A stretch of 64,000 bases of DNA from Parachlamydiales bacterium. GTDB taxonomy: Bacteria; Chlamydiota; Chlamydiia; Chlamydiales; Rhabdochlamydiaceae. A program made the translations under genes and the position numbers. Below are positions 18,602-29,435 of this stretch, in pieces. The notes below the pieces were generated by a model. The model was not told where the DNA came from. It ran no database searches and saw nothing but the letters and a program-made list of their open reading frames with translations. Each line of letters starts with the position of its first letter. The first letter of the stretch is position 1. Location of the stretch: the NCBI GenBank assembly GCA_963705295.1, contig OY970065.1, positions 1,792,001-1,856,000 of the forward strand, in the 5' to 3' direction.

Positions 18602-21600
18602 CTACCATTTCCAAGAAAGACCGCCTGTGAAGGTATATGCATAGAAGTGTTTCCAGAAATCACCGGCGACTTCGGCGAAGAGGTCTATGTTCTTCGGCAA
18701 TGCTGCGGTGAAGTTCAAAGATCCTTGGAACGCATCGTGGTGGAGTTCGACACCTTCGATGGTGAACTGTTTACCAAAGTGCTTGAATTTGGCCCTAATT
18801 TCGTCTTGATGGAAATAAAACCGGTGGAGCCAGGCTGCATCAATACCGAAGGTGAGGGATGACCATGCTTTGGTTGCAAAGTGGAGTCCTAGGCGGCTGT
18901 TGACAGGGTTGACATTTCTTTCTTCGACGTGGAGATCCCATCTTTTTGCTCCGTGCTCTTTAAAAGAGTTACGGTGGAAGTGCTGGTATTCGAGTCCTGC
19001 AAAGGGTTGGAGTGTGGTGCATCCGAGAAAGATATTTCCACCCAGTTCATTGTAGAAAGTGACCTCGGTGATTTTGGGATAGCCGGTGGCTTTTCTGTCA
19101 TGGATCGAACGTCTGACTTTATCATGGCTGTAGCCGGCGAGAAGATTAGAGATGAAGTAGACCGGATCGGGATTGTAGGCACCGTAGATGGCTCCCATGA
19201 TGTTATGGGCATGACCGAAATCAATATGATCTTGTTCATAAGAGCCGGCAACTCCAATCGTCCCATGAGTGCCGATATACCGATGGGCTCCGAGGGTGAA
19301 ATTCCAGTTGTGGAGTTTATATCCTTTTCGAAGATGGCTTTTGCCCCACTCACCATCGGCCCAGATCTTCGTCGTATCGGGACAGACATATTCGCAGCCA
19401 TCTCCGATGCGGCGAGCTAAAGGATAGTAGATTCTTTGGATGAAACGTTGGCTGGAGTGCTGGGCGATATAGAAGAGGTTGGTGTATTGTTTTCCTGTTA
19501 ACTCGGAGAGTTTTCCGTGGAACTCATGATGGCCATGGTCAAGTTGTCCTCCGACATGCGCTTCATTCGAGTCTTTAGCACCCTCTTTGTAATGGCTTTG
19601 TAGTGTTAAATGAACATGATTTTTTCCATAGCTGAGGACAGGTGTGAGGTGCGGATGGTTGAATTCGGCTTTTTCAAATTTTCCAGTGATGCCTTTCTTT
19701 GATTTGAGAATGGTGTAAGGTTTGTTGATCGAATATTCTTCGAGAGGAAGAACTTCGACAACACCTCCTTTGAGGTGGGATTTGCCTCGGACATCGATCT
19801 GGTCACTTTTGCGTCCGATTTCCAGTTCATACCGACTACCTTTTTCTTGGGTGTAGTTCTTGATAACTCTTAGAGTGCCGATGCTATTTCCTGGAGCAAT
19901 AGCGCCCCCTTTTTTGATGGTGAGAAAGTTCGTCGTTCCACTTCCGCCGAGTTTTCCCGTAACGATGACTTCTCCTAAGATTTTTCCATTATTGAGGATG
20001 GAGCCGCCAGGGATATTTCCTTTGAGCACCCCTTGCCGAACGATCGTTCCACCCGTATAGGTATTGTGGCCCGTCAAAGTGAGTGTGGCTTTCCCTGTTT
20101 TGATGAGTCTCCCGGAACCTTTGATGTTGCCAGGGAACTTAGCATTGAAAGTCTGATCGAAGATGAGGGTGGCATTGTCGGTGATGTTCCCTGTGATGCT
20201 ATTGGTATTTCCAAGCAAAGATCCTTTCTTAATGAGGGTTCCGCCGGTATACGAGTTGTTTCCGGTGAGTTTTAGAGTTCCTCCGCCTGCTTTTGTGACT
20301 TTTCCGGTTCCACTGATATCACCGGCATACGTCTTAGATTTAGCATTGAAAAAAATGAGTTTTGCATTATCGATGATATTGCCGAGCGGGGTTTTGCCTC
20401 TATTCTTCAAAATTCCTTCTTGGATGATCGTATCACCCGTGTAGGCTGCCGCTCCATTTCGAAAAACAAGTGTTCCAGGCCCTTCTTTTATCACTTCTCC
20501 TGTTCCTGTGATCGATCCTTCAAAGATGCCCTTCGTTTGTTGGTCGAAGATCAGAATACTGTCATCCACAATACTACCTCGGAGAGATGCCGTCGTCCCT
20601 GCAAGGGCTCCTTCTTCTATCAATGTTCCCCCTGTGTAGGTATTCGTTCCGGTGAGGGTTACAGTTCCAGTCCCTGTTTTAATCAACTCGCCTGGCCCAC
20701 TGATATTTCCACTGAAGGTTCCATTAAAATTTTGGTTAAAGATCAGCGTTGTATCATCGACGATATTGCCCGGTAAGCTGCTCGTGGTCACCTGAAGAGT
20801 TCCAACCTCGAGAAATGTACCTCCCGTGTACGTATTAGTCCCCGTAAGAGTGAGTGTTCCACTTCCTATTTTGACAAGCTCCCCCGTTCCGCTGATATTT
20901 CCACCAAAGGTTCCATCAAAGGTTTGGTTAAAGGTCAAAATGGCATTGTCAACGACATTTCCAGGAAGTGTGGTCGTATTAACTTGGAGATTCCCTCCAT
21001 TAATAATCGTTCCGCCCGAATACGTATTCGCTCCACCCAGTGTTAGTGTCCCAGACCCAATTTTGACGAGCTCGCCCGTTCCACTGATATTTCCAGGAAA
21101 TGTTCCATCAAAAGTCTGATTAAAAGTCAGGGTTGCATTATCGACGACATTTCCAGGAAGTGTGCTTGTGTTGACTTGTAAATTTCCTGCATTAATCACC
21201 GTTCCGCCCGCGTATGTATTGGCTGCACCCAGAGTCAGTGTCCCACTTCCGATTTTAACAAGTTGTCCTGTTCCACTGATAAGCCCATTGAAAGTCCCGT
21301 CAAAATTCTGATCAAAAGTCAGGGTTGCATTATCAACGACATTACCAGGAAGTGTGTTTGTGTTGACTTGTAGATTTCCAGCATTAATCACCGTTCCGCC
21401 CGCGTATGTATTGCCACCGGTAAGAGAGAGCGTCCCACTTCCTATTTTAATAACCTGGCCTGGCCCACTGATAATTCCACCAAATGTCCCATCAAAGGTT
21501 TGGTTGAAGATAAGCGTGGTGTTATCGACGATATTGCCTGGCAAACTATTGGTGTTGACCTGAAGGGTTCCTGCATCGAGAAAGGTCCCTCCCGAATATG

Positions 21601-22969
21601 AATTACTCCCCGTAAGAGTGAGTGTTCCACTGCCTATTTTGACGAGCTCGCCCGTACCACTGATATTGCCAGGAAAGGTTCCATCAAAAGTCTGGTTGAA
21701 GGTCAAAATGGCATTGTCGACGACATTTCCAGGAAGTGTGGTCGTGTTGACTTGAAGATTTCCAGCATTAATAATCGTTCCGCCCATGTACGTATTCGCT
21801 CCACCCAGAGTCAATGTCCCACTTCCTATTTTAACAAGCTGCCCTGTCCCACTGATGAGTCCATTGAAAGTCCCGTCAAAGGTTTGGTTGAATTGCAACG
21901 TGGCGTTGTCGACGACATTTCCTGGTAAACTCATCGTATTGACTTGAAGGGTTCCTCCATTTATCGTTGTCCCCCCTGCATAAGTATTAGCCCCTGTTAA
22001 TGTCAGAGTTCCCGTTCCAACCTTGATCAAACTTCCCGATCCCGTGTCACTGATCACACCTGCAACGGTTGTGCTCAGGTTAAGACTGCCGATCTGAAGC
22101 TCAAAGTTATTCAGCTCAACCGTGCTGGAGCTATCGGTCGTGAGCGCCCCCACTGTATTATTTTGATTAATCGTGAGTGATGAGCTATTCGTCAAAGAGA
22201 CATTTGCACTCCCTCCCGAAGCGGAATTATTAAACGTCAAACTAGATTTATTTAAGGCAAGAGTCGAAGACCCAGCTGAAGAATTATTATTAAATACGAT
22301 CTCGGATATAGGACCACTAGGTGCTCCGGGGCTAGATGAATTTATTTGGGCTGAACCTGCTTGAGAAGTACTAGAAAATTGAAGGAGTGAATCCTGTACG
22401 TCAATAGTCGATTGTGCAGCGGTCGAAGAGTTATTGAACAAAATGCTCCCATTAGGAAAAGCGGTACCAAGGTTTTGCATATTGATTTGAGAGTTGCCCG
22501 CTGTCGAAGAATTATTGAAATTTAATGTTTGTGTAGTCGCATTCGTTGCACTAAAATTGAATTGAGAATTACTTGCTGTCGAAGAATTATTGAAATTCAA
22601 TTGATTCGCAACTGCACCCATGACAGGAAAATTGAATATCTGTACCGATCCCCCCAGATTTGTAATACCCCCATTCTGAAAGTCTAAAACAGCACCCTCG
22701 TTAATGGTAAAAGTAAAGACAGTTGTATCATTAAATTGAAACGTCCCTGGAGTGAATGGATTCACCGAAGCTGAAATCCCATTAAAGGCAGGCGTTGTTG
22801 AAAATCCCGTCATGAACATCCCTGTATCTGCAGCGCCGGGTGGACCTCCTGCGGGAGTCCAACTGGAAGATGACGTGAGATCAGGTGTGGGCCCCGTTCC
22901 AACCCAGCTGTAATTGGTTGCACCTAAATAACCCCCTGTCAAAAGGGCAATTCCTAAGTAGACTTTCAT
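18602..22969 (-). CDS. Autotransporter (type Va) with 11 passenger-associated transport repeats
   Basis: Signal peptide, FNNSSTA repeats, 11 L.K.G.GTL.L.G.NTY.GGT motifs, APGNSIGTL, and a C-terminal beta-barrel ending in W. Confidence 0.92.
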   Translation of the reverse strand: MKVYLGIALLTGGYLGATNYSWVGTGPTPDLTSSSSWTPAGGPPGAADTGMFMTGFSTTPAFNGISASVNPFTPGTFQFNDTTVFTFTINEGAVLDFQNGGITNLGGSVQIFNFPVMGAVANQLNFNNSSTASNSQFNFSATNATTQTLNFNNSSTAGNSQINMQNLGTAFPNGSILFNNSSTAAQSTIDVQDSLLQFSSTSQAGSAQINSSSPGAPSGPISEIVFNNNSSAGSSTLALNKSSLTFNNSASGGSANVSLTNSSSLTINQNNTVGALTTDSSSTVELNNFELQIGSLNLSTTVAGVISDTGSGSLIKVGTGTLTLTGANTYAGGTTINGGTLQVNTMSLPGNVVDNATLQFNQTFDGTFNGLISGTGQLVKIGSGTLTLGGANTYMGGTIINAGNLQVNTTTLPGNVVDNAILTFNQTFDGTFPGNISGTGELVKIGSGTLTLTGSNSYSGGTFLDAGTLQVNTNSLPGNIVDNTTLIFNQTFDGTFGGIISGPGQVIKIGSGTLSLTGGNTYAGGTVINAGNLQVNTNTLPGNVVDNATLTFDQNFDGTFNGLISGTGQLVKIGSGTLTLGAANTYAGGTVINAGNLQVNTSTLPGNVVDNATLTFNQTFDGTFPGNISGTGELVKIGSGTLTLGGANTYSGGTIINGGNLQVNTTTLPGNVVDNAILTFNQTFDGTFGGNISGTGELVKIGSGTLTLTGTNTYTGGTFLEVGTLQVTTSSLPGNIVDDTTLIFNQNFNGTFSGNISGPGELIKTGTGTVTLTGTNTYTGGTLIEEGALAGTTASLRGSIVDDSILIFDQQTKGIFEGSITGTGEVIKEGPGTLVFRNGAAAYTGDTIIQEGILKNRGKTPLGNIIDNAKLIFFNAKSKTYAGDISGTGKVTKAGGGTLKLTGNNSYTGGTLIKKGSLLGNTNSITGNITDNATLIFDQTFNAKFPGNIKGSGRLIKTGKATLTLTGHNTYTGGTIVRQGVLKGNIPGGSILNNGKILGEVIVTGKLGGSGTTNFLTIKKGGAIAPGNSIGTLRVIKNYTQEKGSRYELEIGRKSDQIDVRGKSHLKGGVVEVLPLEEYSINKPYTILKSKKGITGKFEKAEFNHPHLTPVLSYGKNHVHLTLQSHYKEGAKDSNEAHVGGQLDHGHHEFHGKLSELTGKQYTNLFYIAQHSSQRFIQRIYYPLARRIGDGCEYVCPDTTKIWADGEWGKSHLRKGYKLHNWNFTLGAHRYIGTHGTIGVAGSYEQDHIDFGHAHNIMGAIYGAYNPDPVYFISNLLAGYSHDKVRRSIHDRKATGYPKITEVTFYNELGGNIFLGCTTLQPFAGLEYQHFHRNSFKEHGAKRWDLHVEERNVNPVNSRLGLHFATKAWSSLTFGIDAAWLHRFYFHQDEIRAKFKHFGKQFTIEGVELHHDAFQGSLNFTAALPKNIDLFAEVAGDFWKHFYAYTFTGGLSWKW
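20040..22035 (-). repeat. Intragenic tandem repeat, ~192 bp (64 aa) unit
   Basis: Unit QLVKIGSGTLTLGGANTY.GGT.IN.GNLQVNT.TLPGNVVDNA.LTFNQTFDGTF.G.ISGTG; the central copies are highly similar at the DNA level. Confidence 0.9.
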
Positions 22970-23247
22970 GATGTTCTCCCAAATAGACGGCGTAATTCTT
23001 CTTTCGCCTTCTGGAGTTTTTCTTTGGTTTCTGGACTCAATTTACTCCCTGCACGATTTTGATAAAAGGTGAGCATCGACATCGCCGACCTAAAAGGAGA
23101 GCTTTTGCGGCGGGTGCTTTGCTCGGCCGATCTTTTCAGAGATTGTGCCATTTTACGGGGGCTCATCATGAAAACCCCTTTTTCTAAGTCGAGAGCATTG
23201 CTCCGCATCGTCACTTTTTTTGACCAATATTTTTTAGATTTAGACAT
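22966..23247 (-). CDS. DUF3175 family protein
   Basis: WS..VT..SNALDLE.GVF and SLKRSAE.S.RRK..PFRSAMSMLTFY.NRAG. Confidence 0.85.
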   Translation of the reverse strand: MSKSKKYWSKKVTMRSNALDLEKGVFMMSPRKMAQSLKRSAEQSTRRKSSPFRSAMSMLTFYQNRAGSKLSPETKEKLQKAKEELRRLFGRTS

Positions 23248-23297
23248 ATGTTTCTAAATTTAATCTTTAGCATGAAAGGATATTTTTTGTAGTATAG

Positions 23298-24923
23298 TTG
23301 TTTATGTTGATTTTGATTCTATTTGCATTCTTAGCTGGAATTGTCACGGTATTGTCTCCGTGTATCTTGCCGATTTTGCCTGCAATTCTCGGAGCTGGGA
23401 CACTGCAAGGAAAACTCCGTCCAATAGGGATCATCACAGGGCTTGTTGTAAGTTTTTCTTTTTTCACACTGGCCTTGACAGCGATTGTTCATGCGACCGG
23501 AATACCTCCGAATGTTCTTCGGTATGCAGCGATTGTTCTTATTTTTCTTTTCGGCCTTGTGATGCTTTTCCCACGTCTCTCCAATGCATTTGCACAGTGG
23601 ACGGCGTCGATTGCATCCATTGGGCAGAAAATTCCCTCTAAAAGCGGATTTTGGGGCGGAGTCATTTTTGGAGTCGCACTCGGTTTATTGTGGACTCCGT
23701 GTGCGGGTCCTATTTTGGCGAGCATCACCACTTTGGTTGCAACGCGGGCTATTACGGCCAGTGCTGTGATATTAACTCTAGTTTATAGCCTTGGAGCAGC
23801 ACTTCCTCTTTTTTTAATCGCTTATGGAAGTAGCAGAATCTTAAGATCATCCCAATATCTCTCCAAGCATAGCGAGGGGATTCGGCAATTTTTTGGCGCC
23901 ATCATGATTTTACTCGCTCTTGTCTTGGCCTTTCATTGGGAAATGCTCCTCGAGCAAAAGTTGATCCGGTATATCCCCCAGAGCTTTGTCGAAAACAATC
24001 CACGGCTCGATCAAGAACTCAAAAAACTGCGGGGCGAAACGGTCAGTCAAGGAAAAGCACCTGAACTTGTCGGGATCGTCCAATGGATTAATTCACCGCC
24101 GCTGACCCTTGAACAATTGAGAGGGAAAGTCGTTCTCATCGACTTTTGGACCTACAGCTGTATCAATTGTCTCAGGACCATTCCGTACCTGGAAAAATGG
24201 AACGATACGTATGAAGATAAGGGTCTTGTCATCATTGGAGTGCACACGCCCGAATTTGAGTTTGAAAAAGACCCGATGAATGTTTTAAAAGCCGCCACTT
24301 CGCTGGGGATCAAATATCCGATCGCCCTCGACAACAATTACGAAACATGGACTGCTTTTCATAATAATTATTGGCCAGCCCATTATCTGATCGACCAAGA
24401 AGGGAATATCCGGATGGTCCATTATGGAGAAGGGGCTTATGTTGAAACCGAAAACAATATCCGTTCCCTCCTGGGTCTGGCACCCCTTGCTATGCAAGAG
24501 ACTGAAAAAGTGATGCGACCTTTAACACCGGAAATCTATCTAGGAATGTCTCGCGGAACTAATTATACAGGGGAAATCACCCTCAAATTCCACCAACTTG
24601 TACGGTATTCTTATAAATCGCCTTTGAGACACGACACAGTCGGCTTAAGAGGTCCTTGGATGGCAGAAAGAGAATACGTTCAATCCGAAGGAGACGAGAC
24701 TTACATCGATCTTAACTTCCTTGCTAAAAAAGTCTACCTTGTCCTCGCCGGAGAAAGCCCGATTCCTCTCCGCGTTTACCTCGATGGAAAACTGGTTAAG
24801 GAAATTGAGATCGATAGTGACCGGAAATATGACATCGTAACTACGACCTATGGAAGGCACCATCTTTCTGTCCTTGTTCCCCAAGGGATAAAAGCATATA
24901 CTTTCACCTTTGGAGATTATTAA
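23298..24923 (+). CDS. dipZ: Cytochrome c biogenesis protein DipZ (CcdA + thioredoxin-like fusion)
   Basis: LSPCILP, WTPCAGP, DFWTYSCINC, GVHTPEF and YWPAHY motifs. Confidence 0.92.
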   Translation: MFMLILILFAFLAGIVTVLSPCILPILPAILGAGTLQGKLRPIGIITGLVVSFSFFTLALTAIVHATGIPPNVLRYAAIVLIFLFGLVMLFPRLSNAFAQWTASIASIGQKIPSKSGFWGGVIFGVALGLLWTPCAGPILASITTLVATRAITASAVILTLVYSLGAALPLFLIAYGSSRILRSSQYLSKHSEGIRQFFGAIMILLALVLAFHWEMLLEQKLIRYIPQSFVENNPRLDQELKKLRGETVSQGKAPELVGIVQWINSPPLTLEQLRGKVVLIDFWTYSCINCLRTIPYLEKWNDTYEDKGLVIIGVHTPEFEFEKDPMNVLKAATSLGIKYPIALDNNYETWTAFHNNYWPAHYLIDQEGNIRMVHYGEGAYVETENNIRSLLGLAPLAMQETEKVMRPLTPEIYLGMSRGTNYTGEITLKFHQLVRYSYKSPLRHDTVGLRGPWMAEREYVQSEGDETYIDLNFLAKKVYLVLAGESPIPLRVYLDGKLVKEIEIDSDRKYDIVTTTYGRHHLSVLVPQGIKAYTFTFGDY

Positions 24924-24924
24924 T

Positions 24925-25704
24925 ATGATTATTTTAATTCTTGCCTTGGCCGCTTTCCTCTCCCCTCTTCAAAGTGACGTTTACCATGTTCCTTTTTTCA
25001 ATGCCGATTTTTGTTTCGAAGATGATCCCAGCGATTCTGTTAAAAGTTTCCTAAAACAGGGAATTCCTTATGAAGGAAATATCAATATCCTCATCGATCA
25101 AATGACCGAGCCAGGATCTGTTGCCATCGATATGGGGGCGCATGTGGGCATCCATACCATCACGATGTCGAGAAAAGTCGGACCAACAGGGCGTGTGATC
25201 GCCTTCGAACCCAATCCAAAACTATACCAAGAACTTCTCCAGACTCTGCAGCTCAACAAATGCACCAATGTCACGGCCATTTGCAAAGGGCTTGGCGCAA
25301 AACCCAAAACCGAAACCCTCGATTTCATCAAAATTGAGAAAAACTCGACCAAAGGGGAAACCATCGAGATCATTCCTCTCGATTCCCTCGAGCTCAATAA
25401 TATTTCTCTGATCAAAATGGATGTCGAAAATTACGAATATTTTGTCCTCAGAGGCGCTCGAAAAACCATTTTAAGAAACAAGCCTGTTATCATCTTCGAA
25501 TGTTGGATCGGCGCTGATTACGAAAAGAGTGCACCCGAAGAAAAAGCAAACTTTGATCGGGTGAGAGATCTCTTGGAAAGCTATGGCTACGAAATCTATG
25601 TCATCTATTGCAATGATTTCATCGCCTTCCCAAAAGATGTCCCGAACGATTTCAAAAAACTGTTTAAAAAACTTGATATGAATAACTTTAATCTGGGTCT
25701 ATGA
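24925..25704 (+). CDS. FkbM family methyltransferase
   Basis: DMGAHVG, AFEPNP and IKMDVE.YE..VL.GA motifs. Confidence 0.88.
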   Translation: MIILILALAAFLSPLQSDVYHVPFFNADFCFEDDPSDSVKSFLKQGIPYEGNINILIDQMTEPGSVAIDMGAHVGIHTITMSRKVGPTGRVIAFEPNPKLYQELLQTLQLNKCTNVTAICKGLGAKPKTETLDFIKIEKNSTKGETIEIIPLDSLELNNISLIKMDVENYEYFVLRGARKTILRNKPVIIFECWIGADYEKSAPEEKANFDRVRDLLESYGYEIYVIYCNDFIAFPKDVPNDFKKLFKKLDMNNFNLGL

Positions 25705-26906
25705 AAAAACTACTTCTACTATTTTTTGTACCTGTTCTTTGTTTTGCCTCTTTGAAGGTGGGCATTGGAAAGACCGATATCACACCACCTGTGGGAACTC
25801 CTTCGGCTGGATATATGGAGCGCAAAGGAATGGGAATGAAAGGGGTTCATGATCCCCTTCTCGCCATAGCACTTTGGTTGGACACTGGAGAAAAAAAGAT
25901 CGGTCTTTGCAGTGTCGATCATTTGGGTTTTTCATATGAGATGGTTCAAGAGATCATCAAAAGTGTTCAAGAGCGCGTTGGAAACTGTGAAATCTTCATT
26001 GGCTCAACCCATACCCATTCGGGCGGAGGAGCTTTTCTTAATATTCCCCAGTTGGAACAGAGTTTAGCTGGCAAATACAACGCTCAAATCGTCGAATTTT
26101 ATATCCATCAAACGGCGGAAGCGATTATTCAGGCTAGTCAAAATACAACACCTGCAAAAGTGGGATTCGGTTATGGATTTGCGGGAGCTTTAACAAAATA
26201 CCGTGGAAAGTGGCCCTTAGATATTTCTCCCCTGAGCGATGTCACCCTGATTAAAGTGACAACACTCGACGATGCTCCGCTGGCCGTTTTATTCAACTAT
26301 CCGATTCACCCAACGATCCTCGATGGCAAAAATGAACTTTTCTCGTCCGATCTCGTCGGTTATGCCCGGGGCTACATCCAATCTGAACTCGGCGCGCAGC
26401 CTCTTTTTTTCAATGGAGCGCAAGGCGATATTGTCCCCTCGACCGATGAACACACCTTCGAAGCGTGCGACAAAGTTGGCCGCTCTCTTGCAGAAACCGT
26501 CGTAAAAATCTGGAACACAACTGCGACCAGCGATGAGCTCCACGTTTCAACACAAAAAGAGGCATACACCTTCAAACCCCAACCAACAGCTTTTGGCCTG
26601 GAGCTACCCGTCGAAAATTACCCCACCGAAATGAATCTTCTCGTTTTCAACCAAAAACATGCATTTATCACCATTCCCGGTGAACTCAGCTCCATTTACG
26701 ACCACCGGTTTAAAGAATACGGCGCACGGCTTGGCTTTGAACATGTCTCGATTTTTGGTCTAACCAATGATGCCCACGGCTACATCATTTTGCCCGAATC
26801 GTTTCGAAGAAAAACCTTCGAATCGTACCTTTCCTTCGGAGGAGAACATTACGGAGACAAAACAGAAAATCGAGCAATTTCTCTTCTCATGAAAAATGCC
26901 CCCTGA
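25701..26906 (+). CDS. Secreted neutral/alkaline ceramidase-like hydrolase
   Basis: Signal peptide; DITPP, HDPL, THTHSG, HPT, GAQGD, PGE and GYI motifs. Confidence 0.75.
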   Translation: MKKLLLLFFVPVLCFASLKVGIGKTDITPPVGTPSAGYMERKGMGMKGVHDPLLAIALWLDTGEKKIGLCSVDHLGFSYEMVQEIIKSVQERVGNCEIFIGSTHTHSGGGAFLNIPQLEQSLAGKYNAQIVEFYIHQTAEAIIQASQNTTPAKVGFGYGFAGALTKYRGKWPLDISPLSDVTLIKVTTLDDAPLAVLFNYPIHPTILDGKNELFSSDLVGYARGYIQSELGAQPLFFNGAQGDIVPSTDEHTFEACDKVGRSLAETVVKIWNTTATSDELHVSTQKEAYTFKPQPTAFGLELPVENYPTEMNLLVFNQKHAFITIPGELSSIYDHRFKEYGARLGFEHVSIFGLTNDAHGYIILPESFRRKTFESYLSFGGEHYGDKTENRAISLLMKNAP

Positions 26907-28110
26907 AAGAAAATCGTTTTATATTGCTCTTTTCGTTGCATTCATCGATTTGATGGGGATCGGTCTTATTTTTCCTCTTTTTTCCTCGATGCTTTTCAGT
27001 GAATCTTTCACACTTCTTCACCCCGATACTTCAGCGCATGTGCGCGGTATATATCTAGGCCTTCTGATTGCACTCATGCCGCTGACACAATTTTTTAGCG
27101 CTCCTATCTGGGGAACCTTATCCGATGGGTACGGCCGAAAAAAACCGCTCCAATACAGCTTAACCACAGCTTTAATCGGCTATCTCGTAGCACTTTTGGG
27201 TGTGAGTTTTAAGAATATTTTTATTTTGCTGGCATCTCGGATAGTCGTTGGATTTGCTGCAGGCAATACTTCGATTGTTCAAGCGACCATTGCAGACTTA
27301 AGTTCAGTCCAGAGTAAAGCAAAAAACTTTGGCCTCTATAGTATGGCTCTTGGAATGGGATTCACCATCGGACCTTTTTTTGGCGGATATTTTGCCAAAT
27401 GGGGATACGCTATTCCTTTTCTGTTTGCAGCCTGCATGGTCTCAATCAATCTCGCATTCGTCTTCCTTTTTTTCCGAGAGACGCATTTGAAACCTATTCC
27501 TCAAAAAATCAGCTGGGGGATTGGATTTTCAAATTTGAAAAAAGCGTTTGCTTTTCACGAAGTGCGAACGATTTTACTCGCCTCTTTCCTGCACAATTTT
27601 GGTTGGTCGTATTTTTTTGAATTTGTTCCCGTCTATTTCATTGACAGGTTTCAGTTCACCCCGAAAGAGTTGGGATACTTTTATGCCAGTGTCGGTGCTT
27701 TTTATGCCTTAAGTACAGGCCTCCTCATCCGTCCCCTCATTAAACGGTTTAAACCGGAGCTCCTTTTCTTTGCGGGAAACCTTCTCGGAGCACTCACCAT
27801 CTTCTCTCTCAGCTTTGTAAAAATACCCGTATGGATCTGGCCCTTGCAATTTTTACTCTGCTACTTCATCGCCTTCGTTGCACCAACTTACACCACTCTT
27901 ATTTCTAACAATGCCCCCAAAGAAATCCAGGGCGAAGCTCTCGGCGTCTTGAGTTCCGTCAATGCAGCCGCCCTCATTTTCAGCCCTCTTTTTTCAGGCT
28001 CTTTGGTCGGCATCCACCCCTCCCTTTCCATGTGGATCGGGGGTAGCATCATGCTGGTAGGTTCAGCAATCCTTCTCCGTTATTTCTTCTTGAATAAAAC
28101 CGCGTTGTAA
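26896..28110 (+). CDS. MFS transporter (TetA/DHA1-like)
   Basis: Multiple hydrophobic helices; motif A G.LSD.YGRK; GF.IGP..GG. Confidence 0.9.
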   Translation: MPPERKSFYIALFVAFIDLMGIGLIFPLFSSMLFSESFTLLHPDTSAHVRGIYLGLLIALMPLTQFFSAPIWGTLSDGYGRKKPLQYSLTTALIGYLVALLGVSFKNIFILLASRIVVGFAAGNTSIVQATIADLSSVQSKAKNFGLYSMALGMGFTIGPFFGGYFAKWGYAIPFLFAACMVSINLAFVFLFFRETHLKPIPQKISWGIGFSNLKKAFAFHEVRTILLASFLHNFGWSYFFEFVPVYFIDRFQFTPKELGYFYASVGAFYALSTGLLIRPLIKRFKPELLFFAGNLLGALTIFSLSFVKIPVWIWPLQFLLCYFIAFVAPTYTTLISNNAPKEIQGEALGVLSSVNAAALIFSPLFSGSLVGIHPSLSMWIGGSIMLVGSAILLRYFFLNKTAL

Positions 28111-28814
28111 CCATCGAGATCTGTGATCAGTTCGCAGTCGTTAAAAAGAGCATAAAAAGCTTTCGTTTTAAACTTTTTCCCTATGCTCAACAAATTGGAT
28201 AGGAGAATATATCCCCCCTGCTTGACTTTGGGAACATAGAGTTCGACATCCAGAATCGCTCCTTGTTCGGAGTAATTTCCATCGAGATGGAGAAAATCGA
28301 TATTATCGATATAGGTCGATGCAGCTTCAGAAGTGCTATGGACAAGAACACAATAAGGATTGAGTCCTTCTCGGTTTAATAGACGCTCAAATTTTCGACG
28401 GGCTTGCAGCATATTGGTTCTGGCCCACCAAGTCATATCGGGATCGTTCTGATCTAAATTTTTAATCGCCTCATCATTCGACCAGGCATCGATCGCATAG
28501 ACAACCCCTTGATTCAAATATTTCATAGTGGCAGCCACGGGATAAATAGACGACCCCGCATAGACCCCAATTTCAACACAGATTTCAGGTTTTCTGAGTA
28601 AAACCAGGTCCATCAAAAGATGGATTTTTTGTTCCGTACACCAGCTATTGGCTACAGAGGAAATCACCTTTCCTTTGAGTTCTTGATAACCGGGTTCCTC
28701 GAGCAGCTCCATGTAAGAAGGATCTACACCCGCATGAGCCCTAGGATGCCAATCTGCCATCAAAGCACAATTTACAAACGTCGCTATCACCAAGAAAAAT
28801 TGTTTCATATTCAT
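28080..28814 (-). CDS. Class I SAM-dependent methyltransferase (Methyltransf_24-like)
   Basis: VEIGVY.GSS, AIDAW, IDFLHLDGN and VKQGG motifs. Confidence 0.8.
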   Translation of the reverse strand: MNMKQFFLVIATFVNCALMADWHPRAHAGVDPSYMELLEEPGYQELKGKVISSVANSWCTEQKIHLLMDLVLLRKPEICVEIGVYAGSSIYPVAATMKYLNQGVVYAIDAWSNDEAIKNLDQNDPDMTWWARTNMLQARRKFERLLNREGLNPYCVLVHSTSEAASTYIDNIDFLHLDGNYSEQGAILDVELYVPKVKQGGYILLSNLLSIGKKFKTKAFYALFNDCELITDLDGYNAVLFKKK

Positions 28815-28838
28815 AAAATTCCCCAATTTTACAAAACT

Positions 28839-29435
28839 TTAAGATTTGGCGTCATTTCTGCAAAGAGAAATCGATTTAATAACTTGAAAAAAGAGCCGCA
28901 TTTTATGAATACTCGCCACCATCGAATTCCATGGAAACTCTTCCTTTCTAAGCATCTCTTCCATACCGCTCAAATTTTCCTCCGAAGGATCGCTCAGCCA
29001 TGCATACCCTGCACGATTGATCTCCCCTTTTTCCAACAGTTTTTTCAGCCGTGGCAGCAAAGTCTGTTTTTGCCACTCCCGATCAAAGCTAGCATGCTGA
29101 CAGATGAGCCAAGCATGGAAATCGGCCTCTTTCCCATATTTGCTAATCACAGGCCAACCCTCGTCGAGTCCCTCTAAAATCTGCTTGAGCTGTGCGTAGT
29201 GTTTCCGATCAAACTCCTCGATGATCCCATCTTCACCCGGAGAAAAACTCTCCCTTTTCAAGTTGATCATCGAACATAAGAAATTGACATTGTCTCGATC
29301 ATGGATCATCACTTCGACAAGACATTCCCTCAAAGCTTGATCGACTTTCGCCATCGCCTCCAACCTTTTGCAAACGTCATCCGAGGCGAAAACAGCTGAT
29401 ATAAAAATTAATATGAAGATGGTTTGGTGGAACAC
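28839..29435 (-). CDS. Exported hypothetical protein (DUF6624-like)
   Basis: GTG start followed by a signal peptide; M...DQ..R, GWP..S..G and AWLI.QHA motifs. Confidence 0.6.
   Translation of the reverse strand: MFHQTIFILIFISAVFASDDVCKRLEAMAKVDQALRECLVEVMIHDRDNVNFLCSMINLKRESFSPGEDGIIEEFDRKHYAQLKQILEGLDEGWPVISKYGKEADFHAWLICQHASFDREWQKQTLLPRLKKLLEKGEINRAGYAWLSDPSEENLSGMEEMLRKEEFPWNSMVASIHKMRLFFQVIKSISLCRNDAKS

Noticed and set aside
20040..22035. Regular ~192 bp periodicity as a non-coding array
   Set aside because: It is fully explained by the coding repeats of the autotransporter.
28080..28110. Overlapping 3' ends of convergent genes (also 13131-13136, 35431-35448, 63772-63816)
   Set aside because: This is common in compact genomes and there is no evidence of a special function.
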